From Candidatus Jordarchaeales archaeon (lineage in GTDB: Archaea > Asgardarchaeota > Jordiarchaeia > Jordiarchaeales > Freyrarchaeaceae), in assembly GCA_038858525.1 (NCBI GenBank), contig JAWCFL010000008.1, positions 23,493 to 42,674 on the forward strand: a stretch of 19,182 nt of DNA, read 5' to 3'. The notes under the pieces are model-generated. The model had not been told where the DNA came from. It did not search any database and saw nothing but the letters and a program-made list of their open reading frames with translations. Positions 1-6,937 of the stretch are shown piece by piece. Numbering within the stretch: position 1 is the first letter of the stretch; each line of letters opens with the position of its first letter. The translations under genes were made by a program, and so were the position numbers.

Positions 1-875
1 TCGCCGTCAATGTATCCCTCAGTAAAACCCCTGCTGAAAACAGACGCCAACCTCTCAACAGCCCGCTTACCAGGCTTTCTATTCTCTAAGGCCCCTTTTA
101 GCGCGTGCTTGTAAACGTCCACGGTGACGGCGACGTATTCGGGACGCCTCATCCTTCCCTCTATCTTAAAGCCATCCACTCCTGCCTCGACGAGGTCTCG
201 TAGGCGGTTGACGAGACATAGATCCCTCGTGCTCAGAAGATGCCCTTCAGCCAGAGTTTTACCCGACGTGTCAATTAGCTTATAGCGTTTACGGCAGGGC
301 TGGGCGCACCTTCCTCTATTCCCGCTTCTCCCTCCTATGAGACTACTCATGAGGCAGGCTCCCGAGTAGGAGAAGCATAGGGCGCCGTGGACAAAGGCCT
401 CGAGCCACAAGCCTGTTCCAGTCCTTATTCTTCGAATTTCCTCCAACGTTAGCTCCCTTGCCAGTATGACTCCGTGGGCTCCTAGCCTCTCGAAGAATCT
501 GACCGCCTCGAGGCTGTGAGTGGTGGTCTGCGTGCTGGCGATCAGCTTTAACCCATGCAGGCTTTTACCCATCTCCAAGACCGCCAAGTCTTGGAATATG
601 ACTGCGTCAACTCCCATCTCGTGGAGCTCTCCGAGGTAGTGGGCGGCCGCTTCAAGCTCCTCGTCGAAGACCAATGTATTAACGGTGACGTAGACTTCAA
701 CTCCACGCTTATGTGCGTATCTCACCGCGTTTTTTATTTCGTCTAGGGTGAAGTTTTCAGCGTACTGCCTGGCGTTAAAGGATTTTCCTCCGAGGTAAAC
801 CACGTCAGCTCCGCATTCCACCGCGGCTAGAAAGGATTTCCACTCGCCTGCTGGAGCCAGAATTTTCGGACGCAT
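1..875 (-). CDS. U32 peptidase-family protein (TrhP/RlhA-like Fe-S hydroxylase family), 3' end runs off the window
   Basis: Not in the ORF track because it has no stop in the window. Manual translation from ATG at 875 (SD GGTGG upstream): MRPKILAPAGEWKSFLAAVECGADVVYLGGKSFNARQYAENF...EAFVHGALCFSYSGACLMSSLIGGRSGNRGRCAQPCR...FKIEGRMRRPEYV. It carries the U32 N-terminal LAPAG motif, the Cys cluster and KIEGR. Confidence 0.92.
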   Translation of the reverse strand, partial: MRPKILAPAGEWKSFLAAVECGADVVYLGGKSFNARQYAENFTLDEIKNAVRYAHKRGVEVYVTVNTLVFDEELEAAAHYLGELHEMGVDAVIFQDLAVLEMGKSLHGLKLIASTQTTTHSLEAVRFFERLGAHGVILARELTLEEIRRIRTGTGLWLEAFVHGALCFSYSGACLMSSLIGGRSGNRGRCAQPCRKRYKLIDTSGKTLAEGHLLSTRDLCLVNRLRDLVEAGVDGFKIEGRMRRPEYVAVTVDVYKHALKGALENRKPGKRAVERLASVFSRGFTEGYIDG

Positions 876-1021
876 GAAACCACCAATCTCAGTGAAAAAA
901 TGGAAAAATTGCCTAATTTGCTTAACTATTCGTATGGCGACAAGTTGGTTGAAGAGGAGGCAATGCAGTTAGCATTTCACTTCTCTGGGGGAAGGGAGAG
1001 GAAGCGTGTTAGCTAGTAAGC

Positions 1022-1029
1022 TTTATAAA
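1022..1029 (+). promoter_or_regulatory. TATA box for the 1078 CDS
   Basis: TTTATAAA lies 49 nt upstream of TTG 1078, with SD GGTGGTG at 1067-1073 between them. Confidence 0.55.
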
Positions 1030-1077
1030 TGCTCTCGCAAGTCTTCCTTATTAAAGCTGGTTGAGCGGTGGTGTTCT

Positions 1078-1524
1078 TTGAGCAAGTATCTTAGCCCTCC
1101 TAGTGAGGCTGACGTGGAGCTCTTCGAGAGGATGTTAAGGAACGTTGGTGTTGAAGAGTTCATGGACGCTGCGAGAAGCGCAGCTGACACGGTGAGTGCA
1201 AGGCTTAAGGAAGGGGACGTGAATGGTGCTGCCGAGTACGTATTCGACATGGTTGTTCAGTCGGTTATGGTGAACAGGCTTGAAGCGCCTAGAAAGGTAA
1301 TAGACCTGCTTAAGAGAAGGGGTGAGAAGCTTAAAGGGCTACTCGAAAACCCTATCTTTAGGGTAAGTGACAAGTTGTTGGAGTCATTCGAGAAGGGCGA
1401 CGTAAAGCTCTTCGCCGACGCCATGAGCAGCGTTGAGAAAGAAGTGCTAGGGAAAACGAGTCTCGACATAAGGTTTTCCATAGTGAAGGACATACACTGC
1501 GCATTCTACAAGTACACTCAGTAA
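1078..1524 (+). CDS. Hypothetical all-alpha protein (148 aa); C-terminal half resembles SNAP/Sec17 or PCI helical repeats
   Basis: Part of track ORF 1006..1524. The start is moved to TTG 1078 because the TATA box lies inside the longer ORF and the SD precedes 1078. Helical, E/K/L-rich, with segment KLLESFEKGDVKLFADAM. Confidence 0.75.
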   Translation: MSKYLSPPSEADVELFERMLRNVGVEEFMDAARSAADTVSARLKEGDVNGAAEYVFDMVVQSVMVNRLEAPRKVIDLLKRRGEKLKGLLENPIFRVSDKLLESFEKGDVKLFADAMSSVEKEVLGKTSLDIRFSIVKDIHCAFYKYTQ

Positions 1525-1833
1525 TTACTGTTTTGGTGGGAGCCCGCAGTCTTTACTCTGCTTCTCCTTCTTTACCAAATAAAGAGAGAGAATGAGAATG
1601 CTCTGAAAAATCATTAATGTTAAGAGCAGGATGAGTCCGAGCGTGTTTTGAACGTTGACCGGAATGGGATACATTTCTGGGGGGAGCATTCTAGCCCACC
1701 AGTTGGACAGAAAGAACATGTTAACTGTGACCGCTCCTATCACGAGGAAATATAATAGGTAGCTGGTGGCCAGTTGAATTTTGAGGATCCTGCCAGCCAG
1801 CTTAACCCGCTTCTCCAAACTCAAGGGCAACAC
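1525..1833 (-). CDS. Small membrane protein with two predicted TM helices
   Basis: Hydrophobic stretches LATSYLLYFLVIGAVTVNMFFL and TLGLILLLTLMIFQSILILSLYLV with a basic C-tail. An upstream TTTTATAA is present. TTG 1824 is an alternative start (GGGTG SD). Confidence 0.65.
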   Translation of the reverse strand: MLPLSLEKRVKLAGRILKIQLATSYLLYFLVIGAVTVNMFFLSNWWARMLPPEMYPIPVNVQNTLGLILLLTLMIFQSILILSLYLVKKEKQSKDCGLPPKQ

Positions 1834-1857
1834 CCGAAATAAGGGAAAACTTAGAAA

Positions 1858-1865
1858 TTATAAAA
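1858..1865 (-). promoter_or_regulatory. TATA box for the 1525..1833 CDS
   Basis: TTTTATAA on the minus strand, 25-35 nt upstream of the candidate starts. Confidence 0.5.
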
Positions 1866-1920
1866 GTTGACGGGAGAGCTACCTCCCAAATGCTTTTATA
1901 GGTTTTGATTATGCTTCGTG

Positions 1921-2664
1921 TTACGCTTCAATGTGCACGCTACATATCTGCTGTCTTTCGAGGGTCTCGGAGTTGACGCGTTCCGCTACAATTTGCCTCC
2001 TGCTTATCGTTAATAGGTTGAAGGATGGCGGCGTGTGAGCTTTTAGGCGAAGGGTTGTTGCTGTCCCAGCGTTTATAATAAGCATTCCGTTAAGCCTCCA
2101 GAGCCAAGGAACATGCTTGTGTCCGCATAAAATCAGGTGAACGTTGAGGTCTGAAAGGAGCTTCAGAAAGTCACCTGAGTCTGACGGTATATTTCTCTCT
2201 CTTCCCGTTCCAGGGACGGGCACAAGGTGGTGATGAAGAGCTACAACCTTGACGCCGCTAAAATCCTTAAGCTCGTTTTCAATTATACGGTAGGCGAGGC
2301 GGCCGACGTGCCCGTCGTCAAGGTCTGGCTCGGTCGAGTCCACCCCCACCACCTTGACTGGCCCTACTTCGACGCTTGGATAGCGTGTCCCGAAGATTTC
2401 CTCGAAGATAATGTAGCCCGCATTGCGCGAGTCGTGGTTGCCTAAGACCACCAGCATGCGTTCAACTTTGAACTGGTCAAGGAAGGACTGCGCCTCCCTG
2501 TACTCGTGGAGGTACCCCTCGTTCGTAAGGTCTCCTGTGACGACGAGCAAGTCGGGTTTCGCCCTGTTAACCTCGTTCACAACATTTTTCTCTAGCTCCC
2601 TCGAAAAGTACTGGGATGTGACGTGAACATCAGAGACATGTGCTATAACGACTTTTTCTTTCAT
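1921..2664 (-). CDS. Calcineurin-like metallophosphoesterase (Icc/CpdA-type)
   Basis: Complete motif set: SDVH, TGDLT, GNHD, LHHH, GHKH. SD GGAGGT upstream of ATG 2664. Confidence 0.92.
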   Translation of the reverse strand: MKEKVVIAHVSDVHVTSQYFSRELEKNVVNEVNRAKPDLLVVTGDLTNEGYLHEYREAQSFLDQFKVERMLVVLGNHDSRNAGYIIFEEIFGTRYPSVEVGPVKVVGVDSTEPDLDDGHVGRLAYRIIENELKDFSGVKVVALHHHLVPVPGTGRERNIPSDSGDFLKLLSDLNVHLILCGHKHVPWLWRLNGMLIINAGTATTLRLKAHTPPSFNLLTISRRQIVAERVNSETLERQQICSVHIEA

Positions 2665-2687
2665 AAGGACCCTCCGTTGCCTGTTTA

Positions 2688-3869
2688 TTACTGAGTTGAG
2701 GGAGCTTTAGGTGTTTCGTGCATGCGTCCTGAGAGAACTGAGCTGACTCCTATACCGTTGTGCATGAGGAATGGTATCCCTGCGGCTGAGCAGTATGTTA
2801 GGCGAGCCATGTGGTCGAGTAGGGCTACTGCGAGCCCCAAGTTCAGGGGGAGCCCTGTTACTCCTAGAACCGCCGCAACTATGAACTCATAGACTCCAAA
2901 GCCTCCAGGGACAACTGGGAAAAATTTTGAGGCGAAACCTAGGAGAGCTGACAAAATGCAGACGCCAGCCGAGATAGAGGAGAAAGGCGACATGAATATG
3001 GCAAGCGTGACGGCGTCCGTAAGCCAGACGCTGGGATAAACGCCCGCCAGCACTGCGAGCACAAGAATTTGAGTAAGCTCCGGTATACCCGCTGCGTTAA
3101 TGAAAATGTATATGGAGAGAGCGTCGACAACCCATATCGGGGGTGAGAGCGCGGCGGTGAGCAATAGTGCCTTAGGCTTCTTGGAGAGCTTTTGCACTCC
3201 TTCCTTCATTCCGAGAGCCAAACTATATACTACATCGTGCATTCTCCTTGAAACCTTGTGTAGCCTAAGAGAGCTCACTATTCCCGGTCCAGCCACGCAG
3301 AAAGCCAAGGTCAGGAGAAGGATCATGGCGAGGACTGCGAATATTATGATTGATATGAGCTTTATGTGGAAGGGGATCAAGACGCTGAAGTTTGCGGTAA
3401 AAAGCAGCATGGAGGAAACGAGTGCTATTGAGAAGACGTCAAAGGCGCGCTCAACAGCTATAGTCGAGGTGCTCTCCCCTAGAGGCATCTCTCCCTGAGA
3501 AGCTAGAAGAGATATTCTGAGGAAGTCGCCAACCTTTGCCGGCGTCACCTCATTGATGAACCACCCGGAGAAGTTGATGCTCATAAGCCTCATTATTCCA
3601 GCGTTGCCTCCGGCGGCGTCCACTATAACCTTCCACCTAAGGGCTCTCAGCACAAAGGACGATGTGTATGCGGCAATGAACATGGCGACCCAAGCCGGGT
3701 GAAGCCTTGATGCCAAACTCAGGAAAAGGTCGATCCCTATCATCCACAGGACGATGAAGATGAAGGCAACTGAAAGAGAGAAAGCTGTAACCTTGAGCAA
3801 CGTCCCCTTACTAACCAAGGTCGCACCCCTCACCACAAGGGTGGATGACTCCTTTTCAACTTTTCCCAA
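2688..3869 (-). CDS. UPF0104 / lysylphosphatidylglycerol-synthase-TM (flippase-like) membrane protein
   Basis: Multi-TM, with family motifs LRALRWKVIV, NEVTPAKVGDFLRISLL, IAVERAFDV and PVVPGGFGVYE. A plausible alternative start is TTG 3818 (SD GAGGGGTG). Confidence 0.88.
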   Translation of the reverse strand: MGKVEKESSTLVVRGATLVSKGTLLKVTAFSLSVAFIFIVLWMIGIDLFLSLASRLHPAWVAMFIAAYTSSFVLRALRWKVIVDAAGGNAGIMRLMSINFSGWFINEVTPAKVGDFLRISLLASQGEMPLGESTSTIAVERAFDVFSIALVSSMLLFTANFSVLIPFHIKLISIIIFAVLAMILLLTLAFCVAGPGIVSSLRLHKVSRRMHDVVYSLALGMKEGVQKLSKKPKALLLTAALSPPIWVVDALSIYIFINAAGIPELTQILVLAVLAGVYPSVWLTDAVTLAIFMSPFSSISAGVCILSALLGFASKFFPVVPGGFGVYEFIVAAVLGVTGLPLNLGLAVALLDHMARLTYCSAAGIPFLMHNGIGVSSVLSGRMHETPKAPSTQ

Positions 3870-3899
3870 AAGCTTAAGGAATCTGCTGTTGAACGTTTG

Positions 3900-3914
3900 G
3901 AAAAGCTTTTATTT
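3900..3914 (+). promoter_or_regulatory. BRE/TATA-like element for the GT2-GT-C operon
   Basis: GAAAAGC followed by TTTTATTT about 45 nt upstream of the GT2 start; SD GGTGAGG at 3947-3953. Confidence 0.4.
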
Positions 3915-3955
3915 TTGCTGGTTGAGGGGTTAACGAACGGCTTCAGGGTGAGGCA

Positions 3956-4666
3956 GTGTTGAAGGGGAAGGTATCCATAATAATTCCATGCTTCAACGAG
4001 GAGGAGACTATCTCGGATGTCATAGAGAGAGTTAAGAGGGTCGACCTTGGACTGGAGAAGGAGGTCATTGTGGTGGACGACGGGTCAACGGACTCCTCTT
4101 TTGAGAAGGCGAGTAAACATGATGGGGTAATAGTAGTCAGGCACGAGAGGAATATGGGGAAGGGGGCGGCTGTCAAAACAGGGATAGCACACTCCACGGG
4201 CGACGTAATAGTCATACAGGACGCCGACTTGGAGTATTTGCCGGAGGATATACCGGGGCTCCTAGTCCCGCTGCTGCGCGGGGAGGCTGACGCCGTATAC
4301 GGCTCGCGCTTCCTAGGAAGCATAGAGGGTATGTCTCTAAGCCACATGTTAGGCAACAGAGTGCTCTCATGGGCCACCCGCATTCTCTTCGGGGCGAGGA
4401 TAACGGACATGATGACGGGGTACAAGTTGTTCAGGAGGGAGGTCGTTGATGGGCTGGAGCTTAAGTCGAAGAGGTTTGAGTTTGAGCCTGAAATCACGGC
4501 TAAGCTCCTTAAGAGGGGGGTGAGGATCGTCGAGACCCCAATAAGGTACAGTGCGAGGAAGAAGGGGGAAGCTAAGATAAGGTGGAAGGATGGGTTAATC
4601 TGTCTTTGGTGGCTTGTAAAAGAGAGACTTGGAGGTAGGGGGAATGAAGGTAAGGCAGGCGGGTAG
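3956..4666 (+). CDS. GT2 glycosyltransferase, polyprenol/dolichol-phosphate sugar synthase (DPM1-like)
   Basis: SIIIPCFNEE, VVDDGSTD, NMGKGAAVKTG, IQDADLEY, VYGSRF, ITDMMTGYKLFRR, FEFEPEITAK. The start may be TTG 3959. Confidence 0.93.
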   Translation: MLKGKVSIIIPCFNEEETISDVIERVKRVDLGLEKEVIVVDDGSTDSSFEKASKHDGVIVVRHERNMGKGAAVKTGIAHSTGDVIVIQDADLEYLPEDIPGLLVPLLRGEADAVYGSRFLGSIEGMSLSHMLGNRVLSWATRILFGARITDMMTGYKLFRREVVDGLELKSKRFEFEPEITAKLLKRGVRIVETPIRYSARKKGEAKIRWKDGLICLWWLVKERLGGRGNEGKAGG

Positions 4667-6161
4667 CCTACTGATGGCGAAGGTTTCACGCCTCCTAGAA
4701 GAGTGCAGGAAGGATTGGGTTGTCGCGTTCACGGTAGCCACTATAGTAATAAGAGGACTACTTTCACTGCTTCCTGTTCCTGTAACGTGGGACGAGGCAG
4801 TCTACGCTAACCTAGCGAGGGAATATTACTACTTTGGGTTCCACTTCTACTTTCCACAGCAAGTCATCCTAGACTTCTCTAGAGCACCTATAACGCCTCT
4901 CTCGATTTATACGTTATATCTTCTGACGGGGCCAAACCACATTGTAGCTCAGCTGGTGGTTTACGCGTACTCGGTTGCCGCCATCTACACGGTCTACCTG
5001 CTTGGCAGGGACATGTATGGTGAAAGGGTTGGAAGGTTTTCAGCTCTAGCCCTCGCCTGTAGCCCGTTTCTCCTAGTCTCCTCGTGGGGGATCCTCAGTG
5101 AGCCACCATGTATCTTCTTCTCAACACTCTTCCTGCTCCTAGTATATAGGGCGCAGAGGAACCCCAAGTATTACGTCCCCGCCGGAGTGGCTTTGACGCT
5201 CACCACGCTCACAAGATACCCTGGATTCCTCGTAGTCCTAGCCGCTCTCTTCATGGTGGTAGCCTCAGGAAACACTAAGAAAGCCTTCAAGTCTCCTTGG
5301 CTCTACGCCGGTATAGGCGCAGCGCTCGCTGCGGCAGCCCCGTGGCTCGCCTTCAGCAAAAGTCTGACCGGTTCATACACTGGATTCCTCCAAATCTTCT
5401 TCGCCTCAACCCAGCAATGGATGCGTGACCCATACATTATGCTCCTCGGCGTCACACCCCTAGACTACGCGGTTAGCGCGTCCTATGACGCCTTATCCCT
5501 CGTAGCTCTCCCTGGAGCCCTCATATCATACTTCCTATGGGGGGTTAAAGCAGGAAAGGGGCGCGCGGAGGGGAGAGCACTCATCTTCTGGCTACTGTCT
5601 AGCGTGGTGGCTTATGGATTGCTCATGAGGACGGCGCGCCTAGTAGACTACCTGAGGTACAATGAGACAGCGCTACCAGCTGTCGCCGTTCTCTCGGCCG
5701 TGGGCCTAGCCGTGCTACTTGGCGAGGGGGACATAAGGCTTGAAGCCGCCCGCTCCGTCCTAGCTGGGAAGAAAAAGGTCGCATTGATGCTCATAGCTCT
5801 CAACTTCGCAGCGGGATTCGCTGGAGCTTATGTTGTCAGGAGCGAGGCGGCGATCAGCGAATCAGGAGTGGCAATCCCCGTTCCAGTATACGAGTTTTTA
5901 GCGGTGGCAACGCCGCCTGACGGCTCAATTCTGTCGAACATCTACCCCATAGTGAGCTACTATACTGATAGGGTATGCATGTGGTTCCCCCAAGTCGACT
6001 GGCTGAGGGAATACACGTTCACACACTTAAACGTCAAGTACATTCTGTTCAACCTTAACAGGTACTGTCCAATAGACACGCTGATATACGTGGAGTCGCA
6101 CCCTGAAAAATTCGAGAGAATACTGATATACGGCGGAATAATACTATACAGGGTCAAGTAG
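4644..6161 (+). CDS. GT-C fold membrane glycosyltransferase (ArnT/PMT_2, GT39/GT83-like)
   Basis: More than 10 hydrophobic segments; TWDEAVY first-loop acidic motif, APITPL, LSEPP, LTRYPG, and a soluble C-terminal tail. ATG 4644 has SD GGAGG and overlaps the GT2 stop. The track start is 4629; ATG 4674 is another option. Confidence 0.85.
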   Translation: MKVRQAGSLLMAKVSRLLEECRKDWVVAFTVATIVIRGLLSLLPVPVTWDEAVYANLAREYYYFGFHFYFPQQVILDFSRAPITPLSIYTLYLLTGPNHIVAQLVVYAYSVAAIYTVYLLGRDMYGERVGRFSALALACSPFLLVSSWGILSEPPCIFFSTLFLLLVYRAQRNPKYYVPAGVALTLTTLTRYPGFLVVLAALFMVVASGNTKKAFKSPWLYAGIGAALAAAAPWLAFSKSLTGSYTGFLQIFFASTQQWMRDPYIMLLGVTPLDYAVSASYDALSLVALPGALISYFLWGVKAGKGRAEGRALIFWLLSSVVAYGLLMRTARLVDYLRYNETALPAVAVLSAVGLAVLLGEGDIRLEAARSVLAGKKKVALMLIALNFAAGFAGAYVVRSEAAISESGVAIPVPVYEFLAVATPPDGSILSNIYPIVSYYTDRVCMWFPQVDWLREYTFTHLNVKYILFNLNRYCPIDTLIYVESHPEKFERILIYGGIILYRVK

Positions 6162-6168
6162 CCGGACG

Positions 6169-6191
6169 TTCTTCTTTCATCTCTTTTTTCT
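6169..6191 (+). terminator. Pyrimidine/U-rich tract downstream of the GT-C stop
   Basis: TTCTTCTTTCATCTCTTTTTT starts just after the TAG at 6161. It is also explained by the KARKKR codons on the opposite strand. Confidence 0.3.
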
Positions 6192-6896
6192 AGCCTTAAC
6201 TATGAGCACGTCGCTTAGTGTCGGCAGCAGGTTTCCGAGCGGGCTTAGGACGAGGCGCTTGAATAGTTCTCTCATGAGCGGCTTTGGGGCCGGCAGGAAG
6301 TTCCCCGTCAGTTTCTCGACGCTGAATCCGTGGCGGCTGAGTTGCGACAAGAGTACGCTGGCCGTGTAGTAGCGGACGTGGCCAACACCGTTATTGCTGT
6401 ATTGTAAATGGTCAGGATACTTTCCCAAGAGAAGTTTGAGTCTGTTCGTTAGGGAAGCAATGTTGGGGGTTGAAAGTATGAGGACCCCTCTCGGCTTAAG
6501 CACTCTGTACACCTCGCTGAGAAGGAAGTCGGTGTCGAGCACGTGCTCTAGTATCTCCTCAGCCCAGACGACATCGAAAAAGCAGTCTTCGAAGGGGAGA
6601 CCTTCCTCCACGTTGTGGCGCACGCATTTGACCCCGCGTTCCAGCGCAACTTTATAAGAGTCTGAGAGCTCGACGCCATAGCACTCCCATCCAGCTTTCA
6701 TCAGTGGAAGCATGGCTCCCCCAGCTAGGCAACCGACGTCGAGGATTCGCCCCGGAGGCTCGTTTTCGAGCAGCTGGTAGGACTTCAGGAAGCGGTATTT
6801 GTCACGTTTCCAGGTGAGTAGCTCAACTAGAAGCCAGCCTTCTCCGTAAAAGCGGAGTGAACGGTGATCGCGGAGTGAACTGTCACCGTAGTTCAT
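6177..6896 (-). CDS. Class I SAM-dependent methyltransferase (239 aa)
   Basis: ILDVGCLAGG motif I, YGVELS, FDVVWAEEILEHV, LKPRGVLILSTPN. The true start is ATG 6896 with SD GGTGGTG. The extra 129 N-terminal codons in the track ORF are antisense shadow of the TPR gene. Confidence 0.9.
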   Translation of the reverse strand: MNYGDSSLRDHRSLRFYGEGWLLVELLTWKRDKYRFLKSYQLLENEPPGRILDVGCLAGGAMLPLMKAGWECYGVELSDSYKVALERGVKCVRHNVEEGLPFEDCFFDVVWAEEILEHVLDTDFLLSEVYRVLKPRGVLILSTPNIASLTNRLKLLLGKYPDHLQYSNNGVGHVRYYTASVLLSQLSRHGFSVEKLTGNFLPAPKPLMRELFKRLVLSPLGNLLPTLSDVLIVKARKKR

Positions 6897-6927
6897 TCGC
6901 ACCACCAAAAAGTTAGCCTCAAACAAA

Positions 6928-6936
6928 CTATAAAAG
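6928..6936. promoter_or_regulatory. Candidate bidirectional TATA element
   Basis: CTATAAAAG reads TATAAAA on + (after A-rich AAACAAAC) and TTTTATA on -. It sits between the divergent methyltransferase and TPR-like genes. Confidence 0.45.
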
Positions 6937-6937
6937 T

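Noticed and set aside
555-746. 63-aa plus-strand ORF
   Set aside because: Antisense to the U32-family gene that the track missed.
3943-4689. 248-aa minus-strand ORF
   Set aside because: Fully antisense to the well-supported GT2 gene; S/P-rich shadow with no motifs.
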